Source: Psammoneis japonica (taxonomy: Eukaryota). From it: a stretch of DNA of 63,528 bases. Below, piece after piece: positions 1-12,500 of the stretch; the stretch's first letter is position 1; each line of letters opens with the position of its first letter. The notes under the pieces are model-generated. The model did no database searches. It was not told where the DNA came from and saw only the letters and a program-made list of their open reading frames with translations. The stretch spans positions 744,001 to 807,528 of the forward strand of contig QPGO01000009.1 in NCBI GenBank assembly GCA_008632985.1, read 5' to 3'. The translations under genes and the position numbers were made by a program.

Positions 1-898
1 TGACTGGCGCAATCACCGCTGCAAGTCCCAGGCGAAACTGCTCTGTCGGAATAGAGCGAACTGCTGCGAGTGCTTGGTATGGTTGTTGCGCTGCAGGTGG
101 TCGGTCGTCGACTTCGCCGTCCCGACGGTCATCACACCTCGGCGCACTGCGGCGGCGTTTTTGAATGCTATTGCTGGGACAAGAGATTCTAGGAATGCCT
201 TGCATAATTTCTTGGATGTAGTACTCCACCTCGTAATGCTTGACAAATTTCGTCGCCCTTTTCAAATAATGCATGTGTTAGGCGGGAATACCCCCGGTCG
301 TGACGAACATTTACAGAGAGAGCCTACGTTTCTTTGCCATTTTCTGCTTTCTTAACGGTCCGCCTCAGCGCCTCAACATAGTAATGGCCTATTTCTTCTT
401 CAACGTGAGCAATCAAGGCGGCCTCGAACGATGAACGACAACAAAATGAAATCATTTTGGAGGACACGGCAGATGGCAGGAACACAATGGTCCAACCAAT
501 TTTACACGAAGATCTTTTGCTGTCACTGGAAGCATCAGTAGGTTGAATGGTGAATGTGAATGTTTGGCATCCCAGAGGCGTCCATTTACTGGATTCCATC
601 ATTTCTACGCCAGCATTCACCGAGTAATACGGCTCCTCATCGATTTGTGTAATTGTTTTGCGCAAAACAATTTCACCACCTCGAAAGGTGCGCCGTTCAT
701 CCCAACAAGCCCCAACCGTCGATGGCTCACCCCTCACAAACTCGACAGATAGCAGGTGCGGAACAAACTCAGGTGCGGAAGTTATGTCTCAGAACGTGGC
801 TCTTGCCATCTCTGGGGTAACATCTGGAAATTCAAAAGATCCGCTAACGATGAATTCTCGACATGTTGAAGCGAGAGGTCCCATTGTAGTTTCGAGTA
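1..898. repeat. Segmental duplication copy 1 (matches 16127-17024; runs off the window start)
   Basis: Colinear high-identity match at a constant offset of 16126 (tgactggcgcaatc... to ...cccattgtagtttcgagta). Confidence 0.95.
324..884 (-). pseudogene. SRPBCC/polyketide cyclase-like protein, copy with a premature stop
   Basis: Same 561-nt span as 16450-17010, but the Arg codon CGA is TGA (plus-strand tca at 789-791). The ORF track therefore recovers only the downstream 137 aa. Confidence 0.8.
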
Positions 899-1368
899 AA
901 TTTGCTCGTTAATTTGCAGCTGTTCCAAACGACAATAGTTCTGCTGCTTTTTGGTGCTGCAGTTTGGCAAAGCGATTGCAGCAGTGACCCATGTAAAGCA
1001 TCAAGCACCAATTGGTCCGTTAAGCAAGCTGTCCATGTCCAGATGAACAACGAAGGCTGCGTGCAATTTTTTCTAGAGGGATGTCGTGCGTACTGTAGGG
1101 CCCTAGATCAGCGATCAGCAGAACACGTCCGGGTCGTCACGGTCCGAAAATTCCATGTGCATGAACATGAACCAGGTGTGATAGTTAGAATTACTGAGAG
1201 CAAGACAAGACCTGAATGGTTACCAACGTGTTGTCTTCATCGTCGCCGACTGTACGGTAGTCTAGCTAGCTAGTCTTACCTTGTGGTTGACAACTTCTCG
1301 CGCATGCAGCGCAGTGCGATGAAACCCAGTCCGACCCCGCCACGCCCCTCCTCGCAAAACAACTCGTG

Positions 1369-1747
1369 TGCACTATGCTCGAAGAACGAGTGTAAACGAA
1401 AGTAGAATGAAGTTCAAAAGGTGAAAATTATGAGAATTATTTCTGCGCAATCACTTTGGGTTTCTCCGAACGGGTTCTCAACAGCCTAAACCTTTTGCAC
1501 TGCTCCTACAGACAAAAGGCCTTTCGGAGAACATGATCGTGACGACAGATTGTCCGGGTGCGATTGACATTGACACATGAGATGTCAACATCATCGTGCG
1601 ATCGCATTTGCAATTCTCGACATCCGATCACTTCTGTGTGACTGATCTGTACTTCGTACGAACCCACGATTGACGTGCGATTGAAACATGCTTTTGTTTG
1701 ATGTGTAGATGTGTGTGTGCAATGCGTGCATGACAACGCACATTGCA
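1369..1747 (-). repeat. 3' LTR of the gypsy element
   Basis: Aligns without gaps to 6166-6544; 32 differences by my count, all transitions. Confidence 0.95.
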
Positions 1748-1757
1748 TTCGCCTCCC
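1748..1757 (-). other. Polypurine tract (GGGAGGCGAA on the minus strand)
   Basis: Purine-rich run directly abutting the 3' LTR. Confidence 0.8.
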
Positions 1758-1773
1758 TAATTGCACATTAGAG

Positions 1774-4700
1774 TCAGTCGTTAAACGGTGTTGTTCGACG
1801 AACATTGACAGTGTCAACAACGTTGCCGCGTTTGATCTGCACTGTGCCATCAGTGTGTGCCGTTGTTGTTGCACACGGTCCAACATGGGGCTGTTCTAAT
1901 TTTTGCGAGTCTTTCTCGAGCAGCATCTTTTCTCCCACTCTGTGCGTGCAAGGAGTGCGTCGAGCATTCTCTCGAGCGTCATTTTTATTTGTGATTTCTT
2001 GTTTTCGCTGCTGGATTGATTTCCAGTCTGCGACATGTTGGACGTTGAATGTCATGTTTCCATTGAAGACCAGTTGTCCTGGTGCAGCTTGCGCAGTGGC
2101 ATGACACGGCAGAACGTGCCGCAAACGCTGCCGCTGACAGCACTCCAGCGAAAGGATCCTCAGCATCTAGAGGTGTGTGTTGCAAATCAAATGCACGGAG
2201 CATGTTCCCCAGCACTTGATGCACATGTTCAACAATTGCGTTTGCTTGTGGATTTCGTACAGTTGCAGGCTTGACTTCAATGCCACAATCATCTTGCACC
2301 ATTTCTCTAAATTGGTGTCCGATGAACTCACTTCCACTGTCACATGTAATTGACGATGGCCAAGGACATCCACTCAACCATGTTCGTTCTAGTGGTCCAG
2401 CTGCAGTTGTGGACTCCTCTTTGGGATTTCCACAACTTCAAACCATCCAGTTGCTGGATCGATCATAGTCAAACATTTCAGGACTGGGGGTTTTTTCTTT
2501 CCCTTACGACGTATTTTGTATGGCCCAATGAGGTCCACACATAGTCGTTCCCATGGTGCGGATTCTGCGCACTTAGGAGGTAAATGTCCATATTTCTTGT
2601 GTTTCTTTTTGAATTTTTGGCACGTCTCACATCTCGACACGTATTTTCGTATGTCTTCACGTAAGGTGGACCACCATAGGTGTTGTGAGATTGTTTCTTC
2701 TGTTCGATTTATGCCAGGGTGAAGAAGGTACGTATGATGCCAATCTATCACTGCCTTTTGTAACGTCCTCGGGACGACAATTTTATCCTTATGACATATG
2801 AGCAACCGGTCTCGCTCGCCTCCACGAAAAGTCTTCGTATGAAACGTCTTATTTGACAATTGGGAGAGAATGTCTTTGTCCCGTTTTTGTTCATAATCAA
2901 GAACTTTGTAATTTAACGGAAAGACATTGTCGTAGGATTTTGGTAGGACCTTTTCAGCTAGCTCTTCTGTGCTGAGGGTTTCCATAGGTTCTATTTTCTT
3001 CATAGTAAGTCGGCTAATCGCATCTGCGACAATATTTGCCTTGCCCTCAAGGTATATTATTTTGGGACTGTATTCTTCTATTATTAGACGCCAACGCATG
3101 ACTCTGTCCGTTGTGAAATTTTTGTGTGTGAGATTTTTATGATCCGTATATATATTTATCTGTTGGCCAAACAGTATATTGCGGAACTCTTTTAACGTCT
3201 CCACTATGGACAATAGTTCTTTTTCTGTTGTAGTATAACGCGTTTGCGCTCCATTCAGCTTGCGGCTGTAGAAGGCAATTGGTCGGTTTTTCTGAGTAAT
3301 AACCGCCCCCAATTGAGAATTACTAGCATCGGTATATATCTCAAAGGGTATATTAAAATTCGGGTATGATAATAGTATATCTTTGGAGATGATGCGCTTC
3401 ATATTTTCGAAGGCTTTTTGTTCTGTTTCGGTCCATTGCCACTTTACTTGGGTAGAAGTGAGTTTGGCTAAAGGAGCTAAAACATGAGATCGTCGAGGCC
3501 ACATGTCTCGATAGTAGTTGATCATACCGATAAAGCGTCGCAATTCCTTGCGAGTTTTGGGAGTTGCGATCGCGCGAATCGCTTCTACTTTTTTTGGAAT
3601 CGGACTGATGCCCTTGCGGGTGATGTGAAAGCCTAGATAGTCTACTTCGGGTTTAGCGAAAAAGGACTTCTCGGCGTTGACCTTCAATCCGGCTTGTTCT
3701 AGGCGTAAGAACACCGTTTCAAGCTTCTTGAGGTGGTCTTGAAAATCACCTTTTGCAAGACACAACACATCGTCAACATGAGTTCTGACGAACTCCAGAC
3801 CTGCCATGAGCTCACTCATGTGCTCTTGGAAAATATCTGGAGCTCCACAGATTCCCATCGGGAGTCTACAGTGCTCATGTTTGCCCCAAGGCATGACGAT
3901 CGTGCACAAGCGACGTGCATGCGGCGTCAATTCGATGTGATGGCATCCCATGTTTAAATCTAGGGACGTTGCATACATGAAGCCTTCGAGCTTCTGTAGC
4001 ATATCCTGAATATTGGGTGGAGGAAACGGAGTACGAATTAACCTCTTATTTAGCTCACGAAAGTCGGACAAGAACCGAACTCTACCATTTTTCTTGGGTT
4101 GAACAAAGGTTGGAGCCGCCCATTCAGAACAATTTGTTTTTCTTGAGACTTTCAACTTGCACAGTCTTTCAACCTCCTTACGAGTAGTCGCCTCCAAGGC
4201 TTGTGGTGCGGGAAATGGTTTGGCATGATACGGACTCACGCCCGATTTCAACTTTAAATCCACCGGTTTCCCGGTCCATTTGCCCAGAGAACCATCGAAA
4301 AGGTTTTCAAATCTTTTTAAGAGGAAGTTCAGCTGCTTCTGCTCTTCAGGAGTTAGATGAGCAGCTGCTGCGGTCACATCATTGAGGTTTGCAGCGTGAC
4401 AGTCTGAGTCAAGGATCCGATTGACCCTGTCATTAAGACCAATCACTGCATGAGATTCCTCAACATGATCGGCAATCAACTTAAAAACATCGGCATCGAA
4501 GAGTGTGTCAACATTCTTCATGGGAGTAGTTGCATCTTCCCATCTAATCTCTTCATTCGAGAAGTCCAATGTCATCCCAAGACTTGACATTAAGTCGCGT
4601 CCCATGATCACATCATAACGACTTGAAGAAGAAGGGGAGTTGTCAACACATGCCGTTGTTTCAATCATCTTGTGTTTGTCAAATTCGGGCAAGGAGAATT

Positions 4701-4974
4701 GGATCTTACATCGACTGTCAGTCGTGAAGAGCCCTCCTTTGGTTTCCCAGAGTTTGGTGGCGGATGCTTTTGTTCTGAGTTTCCGCGTGAATTTGCGCAA
4801 AATTATGGTTGATGATGTTCCGCTGTCGAGGAGAACGCGCAGAGGCTTATTTTTCGCCTTGCCTGATGAAGCATTCATACAGGCGACGACTGCTGGACTA
4901 GTGTGAATTACTTTGGCCCTTTTTCTGGGCTTCCTAATGTCCAGTGGAGCGTGAGACTCCTCTTGCGGTGCAAG
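1774..4974 (-). pseudogene. pol: Gypsy pol (protease, RT, RNase H, integrase), disabled
   Basis: LLDSG protease; RT motifs LDLNMG, LPMG and HVDD (for Y-x-DD); RNase H YTDAS and YTDHKNL; integrase HHCC plus DLIGP, CDSGSEF and NPQANAIVE. Frameshifts near 2410 and 2100. Confidence 0.93.
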
Positions 4975-6129
4975 TCATTCCTCAGAATCACTGCGCGTCA
5001 TTTTTTCAAACTGACAATTTTCCTCGTCAAGGGTGTCAGAATCATAATTTTTGCTCTTGTGTTTTTTGTCATTGTTCGAAGAACTCGCTTTGAGCATTTT
5101 TTGAACTGCTTGGATCGCCACAGCATTCAACTCTTCTTTGCGAGCGGCGTTGTCATTGTCGCGACGAGACCACGTGCGATTGCCATTTGAACGGCGCCGT
5201 TTCGGGTCGGGTTCATAGTTCCCACGGCGTTCTTTCGCAAGTCTTTTGATCGACCAGCACTTGTCCGTGTTGTGAGTGGATTTCTCGCACAAAATGCACC
5301 ACTTCTCGGACTGAGATTTTTCGGTGCCATGTTGGTGACCATTTTTGGAACCACGTTGGGAACCACTCTTGGCTTTTGATGCAGCACTGCCACTGCCATC
5401 AGCCTTGGCATGAATGCCATCAAATGTGTCTTCTGCGACCTCCAGGCGCTCCAAGAACTCAACCAACTCGTCACAGGCATGTTTCAAAATTTCGAAACCC
5501 TGGACGGTCGACTGACGCTGCCACTTTCGAGGTGCAAGGTTGAAGAGGATGTCCTTGAGCTCGTCGTCCTCGATCTTCTGTTCCTTCCCAAAGGGAGGAT
5601 AGAACTTGAGGTCTTCGTTGACTTCCTGGACCCAAGCAGCAATTTCGCGTACTTTCATGGACTCCGGCTTCTTGAGATCACGACGCAAATGACGTTTCTG
5701 CACCGAAAGTGCGTTCTTGGGAAACACATGCCTCGTGAGATGTTGTGGGCATTTCTCGAAGCTTCCTTCCGCAGATTCGTCTTCAAGGTTCGCTGCCGCA
5801 TTCTCGAAGGCACGTAGAGCATCTCCTTGGAGCAACATGCGCATGAGACGAAACTCATCAGATTGCTTCCTGACATTCTGGCCCACTGGAAGTTGATCGT
5901 AGCTCTTGAGAAATTCGATGAACTTGGGGACACCTTGTTTCTTGTGGCACTCAACATTGATGGTGCAGGTGCGGCTGTCCTTCTTCTCGGGATGAAAACG
6001 TTGCTCCATCTTGAGGTGCTGGCTCGGTTTGAGGCTCTTCGGCTCGGAGTTCGATTCCAGCGGTTGAGGGACGATTTTCTCCTGCCTTGACGAAGTCTTG
6101 GCATTGGTTGCATGAGGTGAAAGCTTCAT
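4975..6129 (-). CDS. gag: Gypsy gag
   Basis: Open frame upstream of pol inside the LTRs; zinc knuckle CILCEKSTHNTDKC; ATG at 6129. Confidence 0.88.
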   Translation of the reverse strand: MKLSPHATNAKTSSRQEKIVPQPLESNSEPKSLKPSQHLKMEQRFHPEKKDSRTCTINVECHKKQGVPKFIEFLKSYDQLPVGQNVRKQSDEFRLMRMLLQGDALRAFENAAANLEDESAEGSFEKCPQHLTRHVFPKNALSVQKRHLRRDLKKPESMKVREIAAWVQEVNEDLKFYPPFGKEQKIEDDELKDILFNLAPRKWQRQSTVQGFEILKHACDELVEFLERLEVAEDTFDGIHAKADGSGSAASKAKSGSQRGSKNGHQHGTEKSQSEKWCILCEKSTHNTDKCWSIKRLAKERRGNYEPDPKRRRSNGNRTWSRRDNDNAARKEELNAVAIQAVQKMLKASSSNNDKKHKSKNYDSDTLDEENCQFEKMTRSDSEE

Positions 6130-6165
6130 CTTGAACTTGTTGCCTTCTGTGGTGTGTGTGCACAA

Positions 6166-6544
6166 TGCACTGTGCTTGAAGAACGAGTGCAAACGAAAGT
6201 AGAATGAAGTTCAAAAGGTGAAAATTATGAGAATTATTTCTGCGCAATCACTTTGGGTTTCTCCGAACGGGTTCTCAACAGCCTAAACCTTTTGCACTGC
6301 TCCTGCAGACAAAAGGCCTTTCGGAGAATGTGATCGTGACGACAGATTGTCCGGGTGCGATTGACATTGACACACAAGATGTCAACATCATCGTACGATC
6401 GCATTTGCGATTCTCGACATCCGATCACTTCTGTGTGACTGATCTGTACTTCGTACGAACCCACGATTGACGTACGATTGAAGTGTGCTTTTATTTGACA
6501 CATGGACACACATGTGCAACACGCACATGACAACGCATGTTGCA
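6166..6544 (-). repeat. 5' LTR of the gypsy element
   Basis: Direct repeat of 1369-1747. Confidence 0.95.
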
Positions 6545-6549
6545 CGTGA

Positions 6550-9500
6550 CAACAGTTAGACACCGTCGGCATTTTGCGATGATGGCGCCACCCTTTGCCA
6601 CACTTTCTGTCGCTGCAATCATGCAGTGCGGTCAATTAGACCCACATGTCTGACAGGTGATGTGGTTTTGATTGAAGCAAGTGCGTTGAAGATGAAGTCC
6701 AAGTCAAAAAGACTTGCTGAGTTTCCCACTTGCCATTGTGTTGTGAGAGAGACGGCTGCTGTGTTGTCATCATCACGACTCGCTCAGAGGAGCTAAATTC
6801 AGCCATGTCATTGCTGGACCAATCAATTTGTTGGATGCAGACACAAAAAGTTGGGATTTGGTGATTTGAAAACTCCTCTGGGTGGACGCTCCTTCTTTTG
6901 CGTTTGATTGTTCCAACAACATGCCCTTTCTTTGCCGGCGGTGGGTTGCAAATGACTGCTGAGTTGAGTGCCATTGGTGAATCAATGACATTGCCATGAC
7001 TCATTCACCACTTGAGTGCACAGAGGCAAGCATGGCATCTGCATTAGAGAATCTGAGGAATGGGAAGCAAAGCCAGAAGACAAAAGTCAGGTGAAAGCTG
7101 GGCACGTGAAAAAAACATTGTCTTTGCTGTGTTTTTGTTTGGGTGCTGCTGACACTCCCTCTCCAATGAAGAAAGAGCACCAATGATGTGATCACAAGAA
7201 TCAGTGACATCTTCAGCTCAATGTCAACAGCAAGGATTTTTAGGATGCAGCACCACCGCTGGCAAGAGGACAATGTTTGCGCTGCAAATGCAGCAATGTG
7301 GCAAAACAAAAGTCTGTTGATGACAAGCATTCTGGCCAATCATTCAACAATGCTGCCTTCATTCTCAGATGCAATGCCTCAAAGGCTCAGCCTGAGCTTC
7401 TGCTGTCTTCTTTGCTTTGTGGTGCCATTGTGAGTTGAGAGCAAATCACCCCATCTGAGTCACCCTCTGCTGACAGACAGAGAAGTTGAAAAGTGTTTGC
7501 CCTCCTGTGTGCCACAAGTTCAATCTCTTTGTCACTCACATCCAACTTTGCTTTCCAGCATGTCTGCAACACAACAGTTTGCTCAACAGACTGTGTTGCC
7601 CAGCTCAAGATCCCACTCATGAGATGGATGAGTTGTGTGCTCAATTTCTCTTGCAAGTGCAAGCCATTTGTGGCCCTCCCATCACCTCAAACATCCATGC
7701 TGCAATGCCAAATGTTCAATGTTCAAACCACATTTACCAGCTTTGTTTTCATTCACCAGCTTTGGTCAGCAAAAAATGACCATGGCCACAATGCCAGTGC
7801 TGCTGAACAAAAGCAAACACTGCATGTGACACAAAAAAGCTGCTGGATGGGATGTCAAAATGACAGAGACAGAGAACAAATGTGAGTGAAAGCACAAATG
7901 GAAACAATTTGAGCACGCCAAAAGCAAAAAGTGGGGGAGTCAAAGATGGTGTTCACCGCCATTGTCAGATGTGATCCCAGCATGCTTTGCCATTTTTTTT
8001 CATTGTTTTTTTTTCACAGGAGGGGCAGGAGTTGGAAAGCACCCTAAATTTCTGGACTGAGGTTGAGGGTCCAAGGTCTGCTGATGCTGCAAGCTGGGGT
8101 TGGGCTCTCACTTTCTGATGCTGGTGGAGGCTGCCAGTGCTCTCTGGCAGTGAGCAGAGAGACAGACTCCACCTGGCACAGCACTGTGCTCAAATGCATC
8201 AGCAGGCATGTGTTTCCCAGTTGATGACAGCTGATGGACCAACCGACAACTGCTTTTGTCACACACTTCTTCTGTCATCAGTTTGTTTGCTGAGAATTGC
8301 TGGGCATGACTGGGCATGACTGAGCACAACCAATGCTTGCCACTTCCTGCATGTGGTCAACACCTGCCAGTTCACACTGCATGTGAAGTGCAAGAGCATG
8401 TGAAGCAAAATGACCCGCTCACAACAAAATCTGAGACATCAATTTCTTGACATTCATTTCACACTCACATTGCACTGCCATGCCTGTGACACAGCAACAT
8501 CCATCAGCTCACCATGAATGTGAGCTCCACATTTTGTGCCCTCTCACAAATGGAGCAACTGCATCTCACAAAAAAAATTGTGTGGGATCCCTGGAAAAAA
8601 GCAAAGCATTGTGCTGCTGGAGAGCACAGCAAAAAAGAAACATGCAGCTCAAGCTGAGCACACAAAGGTCACACAGTGAGAAGAAGCTTCCCTCTGCCAA
8701 CACTGTGGTGCTTTCAGAAAATTTGCTTTTCTTGTTGTTTGTTGTGCTGCAGAAAAAGATTGAGAGCCAAAGGAGCTGCCCAGAGAGCTTTTGCATGGGG
8801 GTGGGGCAGAGATTTGCTTGACTGGGTTGTTGTTGATGCTCTCACCCTCTTGTTGACATGCTCAGCCACCACAAGCTTTCTCAGAACATTCTTTGTGGTG
8901 CTGAGAGGCAGAAAGCAAACCAGCCAGCCAGAATTGCACTGTGCCAGAGAGTGCTTCAACAACCACTGGGCTTTTCAGCAAAGACATGACTTTGCACATG
9001 CATCACCAACAAGGCAACTCAAGTGCACAGTGCTCTGTCCACCACAAAGACATGTTGAAAAATTCTAATTTGACAAGCAGTGTGGTGGCGAAGTGGGTTG
9101 TTGCACTCTGGTGGTGCATGGCAGCAAAAATGTTCTTGAGAGCACTGCCCATTGGCACAGGCAGCTCCAGGAGGGCCTCACACAACTTCTTGGCTTTGGT
9201 TCTCTGCCTCATGACACCTTGCCAGCCTCTCAAACTGAAATTGTGCAAGGTGGAAACCCACATTGCAGGCAGAGCCTGTGCATCTTTTTGCCATCTTGTG
9301 TTTTCTCAGCAGTCTGCCTCAGTGCCTCTGTGCAGTGATGGCCCATTTTTTCTTCAACATGAGAGCAATCAAGGTGGCCTCAAAAGACAAATGACAACAA
9401 CATGAGGTCCCTTTGGAGAGCTTGTCTGATGACAGAAATGCACTGTCCCGGCTGGATTTTTCAACAGGCGGAGCTGTGAATGCAAGCATTTGGCTCCACA

Positions 9501-12500
9501 GTGGCAAGCACTTGCCAGATTTAATCACTTCTTTTCTGCTCAAGGACTGACAGAGCAGCACATTTTCCCTTCCATTTGTGCAGTTGTTTTGTGCTCTGCT
9601 GCCTCCTTGCCAAAAAAGATGTGTCTTTCATCCCAACATGCTCTGACTGTGGACTCAGTTTTTTTGCCAAATTACATTTTTTTGCTGTCGCAGCCCTGCC
9701 ATCAAGAATGGTGGGCAGGTCACTGTGTGATGCATGCACAAAGCAGCACACTCACTGACTCAACAAGCAGTCATGGCTCCATTTCAGCATGAGTTTGCAA
9801 ATGCTGCAGGTGGAAGCCACCAAACCACATCACTGTGGCAACTTTGTGGTCACCATTTTCTCAAAAGCTTCGCCTTCAAGTGCTGCAGCAATCAACAGCA
9901 CATTGCATCTCTGCCCCAACTCACATGTGATGGCACCAAATGTTGACTTGTGCATTTCAGTTGTTGATTTCTGTGCAATCAAATGACTTCAATGCACAGC
10001 TGGGCATGCCCACACATGACACAAATTGTGTGCCATTGAAATGTGTCAGTGTCATCATGGTGTTGATGGAGCATTTTGCATTTGTGGCTGCAACTGTCAT
10101 TGGGCAGTTCACAAACTTTTGGTGTTTGTGTGTGACCTTTGACACACAACAAGTGGAAAATGAGAGTTGACAGAGGCCCCCCATCCATCATGGACTTGCA
10201 GCTTGCTGTTTTCACCAAGGTGAAGCACAGTTGAATTGAAAAAAAACAACATGCAAATCACATGCTGTTGGGAAAATTTTTAAGCTGAAAACAGCAGCAA
10301 ACAACCCCTCTCAATGCACAAATGCTGACATTTTGATTGCTGCCAGCAAAAAAATGATGTTTGGCAAAAAAAAATGCAGAGTGGGGACTCTGGGTGGCTG
10401 GCTCCCCACAAATTTAACTGAGACAACATGCAGACAAACTCTGGTGTGGGTGCAATGCAGTGGCTCTTGCTGTCTCTGGGAGCAACGTCTGGATGTCCAA
10501 GAGATTTTCCAAAGATTAAGTGGTGGTGTGGGCTGTCAAAAAGGTTGTGCCACAACTTTGAGCAGAGTTGCTTGAGCTGCTTTTTGGTGGTTTGGCATGA
10601 AATGAGGTAGAGCTTTGGTCTGTGGTGGTGATGCTGTGCAGTCCAAAGTCTGCATGCCACACCAAGAGGAAACACTCTGCCCTCACTTCTTGCCACACCA
10701 ACCAAGGGCTTGCAAGGCTGCTGTCAGGGTGCAAACACAAGCTGTGCAGAGCATGTGCTGCTGTGCATGGCTGCAAGTCCTCAAGCAATTTTGACTGCAC
10801 AAACAATGTGCAACATGGCACAAATTGGATGTGTGCCAAGAGCAAAAAGTTTGGCTTTTGTTGTGGTGTGTGTGCAGCCTGTGTGCACAAGCTCTGCAAG
10901 ACATCAGAGGAACTTTTGCTCATGTGCAGTGTTGACATTGAGAGTTCATCATGTCAGAAGCCTGAAGTGCTCTGCTTCTACAAAACCCAGCACAAACTGC
11001 ATTGGTGCTCACACTGTGCATTGCAGCAGCCTCTCATGCAGGATTGCATCAGTGCTTGCACATTCTGACAAACTCACAAATCCTTGGCACCCACCCTGCC
11101 ACGCAGCCATCAACCATTGTCACCAAGTTTTGTGCTCAGTGTTTGTCAAACAATGGCTGGGTGTAGATTTTCAGAGTGTCGCAGCTCTTCTCTGGAGGGA
11201 TGGTTTGGCTGCCTTTTGGTCTCACTGGAGGGTTGCACTGCTCACATGGGGGGCAAAATCTCTCTTCACCCCACAGGATTTTGCGCAGCTTCTTCTGTGT
11301 GAGTCAAAGAGGAGAGAAGACAGACACAAACTCCTGGAGGAGGAGAAAGAGCCAGAGGGGGGGGGGGGGGATTCTCATCCACACTTGGCCCTGGTGACAC
11401 AAAAACTGACACACAAACTCACATCACAGCAGCAATGACAGCAAAACCAAGTAAAACTGTGAGCTGGCAATGAAAACACCGCCTCCTGGTCTGGCCATGT
11501 GGCTGGCTTTGCTGCTGAAGGGAGGAAATGTTGCCATGCACACTCCATTGGCAACACACCAGTGCTTGTGCTGAGCACTGAGCAAGAGAAATTCTAAAAT
11601 GCTGCCTGTCAAGGCATGCCAGCATCTTTTTAGCTCTGCAGCTGTCTCTGCAGCCTGAGCAGGGGGGCTTCTTTGATGTTGCGGTGACCTGGCTTGCTTT
11701 TTTTTAGACAGTCTGCTGCCAACTTCTCTGGCAGACTGTCTGTGTGTTTGGCAAAACCCAAGATCATCAAGCAGTGGTGAGCACATCTCACACAGCAAAC
11801 AACAACTGGAGCACAGGCAGGTCTGTTGTGCAATGAGAGTGACAGCGGCATGTGCAGCACACCTTTCTGCATTTGCTGCCTGGCTCTGTTTTGCATTTTT
11901 ACAATGATGTGGTCAACATGTTGCAGCTCTTGTTGCAGCAACTTCATGATCTGTTGTGGCATTTGTTGCACTGAAAGCAAACTGGGGAACAGCCACCCAG
12001 CTGCAGCTAAAAACACCAGCGGGGCTCTCCACACTCAAGGGTTGCCAGCACTCTCAGCCAAAGCTGGAGGACTGTGCTGTTGTGTGAACACCATTTTGGG
12101 AGCGGGGGTGAGTGTTGGCAAAAGGGGCTCATTCACAAAATCTGTTTGGGAGCCCCATCTCATCCTGTCATCTCTTGAGGCTTGGTTTCATGATCTGCAC
12201 TGGTTTGTAAGTTGGGTGTCTGCATCATGCTTCATCTGCTGTGGAGAACTCAGTTGGTCAGACATTGGCTGCGCTGCCAGTTGTTCAATGGTCAATTTTT
12301 TGCCCTTTGGAGCACCTTTCAGGAGCTGCATCTTAGAGAGACTGGCCTTCTGGAACAACACAAAAAGGAAAACTCTCCTCCCCTGGTTTGGGCAGTGTGG
12401 GTCAGATCATGCATTTGGACTTCATGGTGGGAAGTGCGGGAAGAGCACAACAAGGCAATGCGCATTGCATGGTGTGGACTCACTGAAATCATCCCAGCCA

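Larger units (their letters stand above)
1369..6544 (-). mobile_element. Full-length Ty3/gypsy LTR retrotransposon
   Basis: Two 379-bp TG...CA LTRs; 4-bp TSD CGTG (1365-1368 and 6545-6548); polypurine tract next to the 3' LTR; domain order gag, PR, RT, RNaseH, IN. Confidence 0.97.

Noticed and set aside
1369..6544. Classical RIP or simple CpG deamination as the cause of LTR divergence
   Set aside because: RIP would enrich TpA. CpGs are mostly intact in both LTRs, and protein motifs polarise the changes as Tyr to Cys/His.
1369..6544. ADAR-type A-to-I editing of the element's RNA before insertion
   Set aside because: Both A-to-G and T-to-C changes occur on the same strand, the two LTRs differ from each other, and a non-retrotransposed duplicate (39.3-41.8 kb) is affected too.
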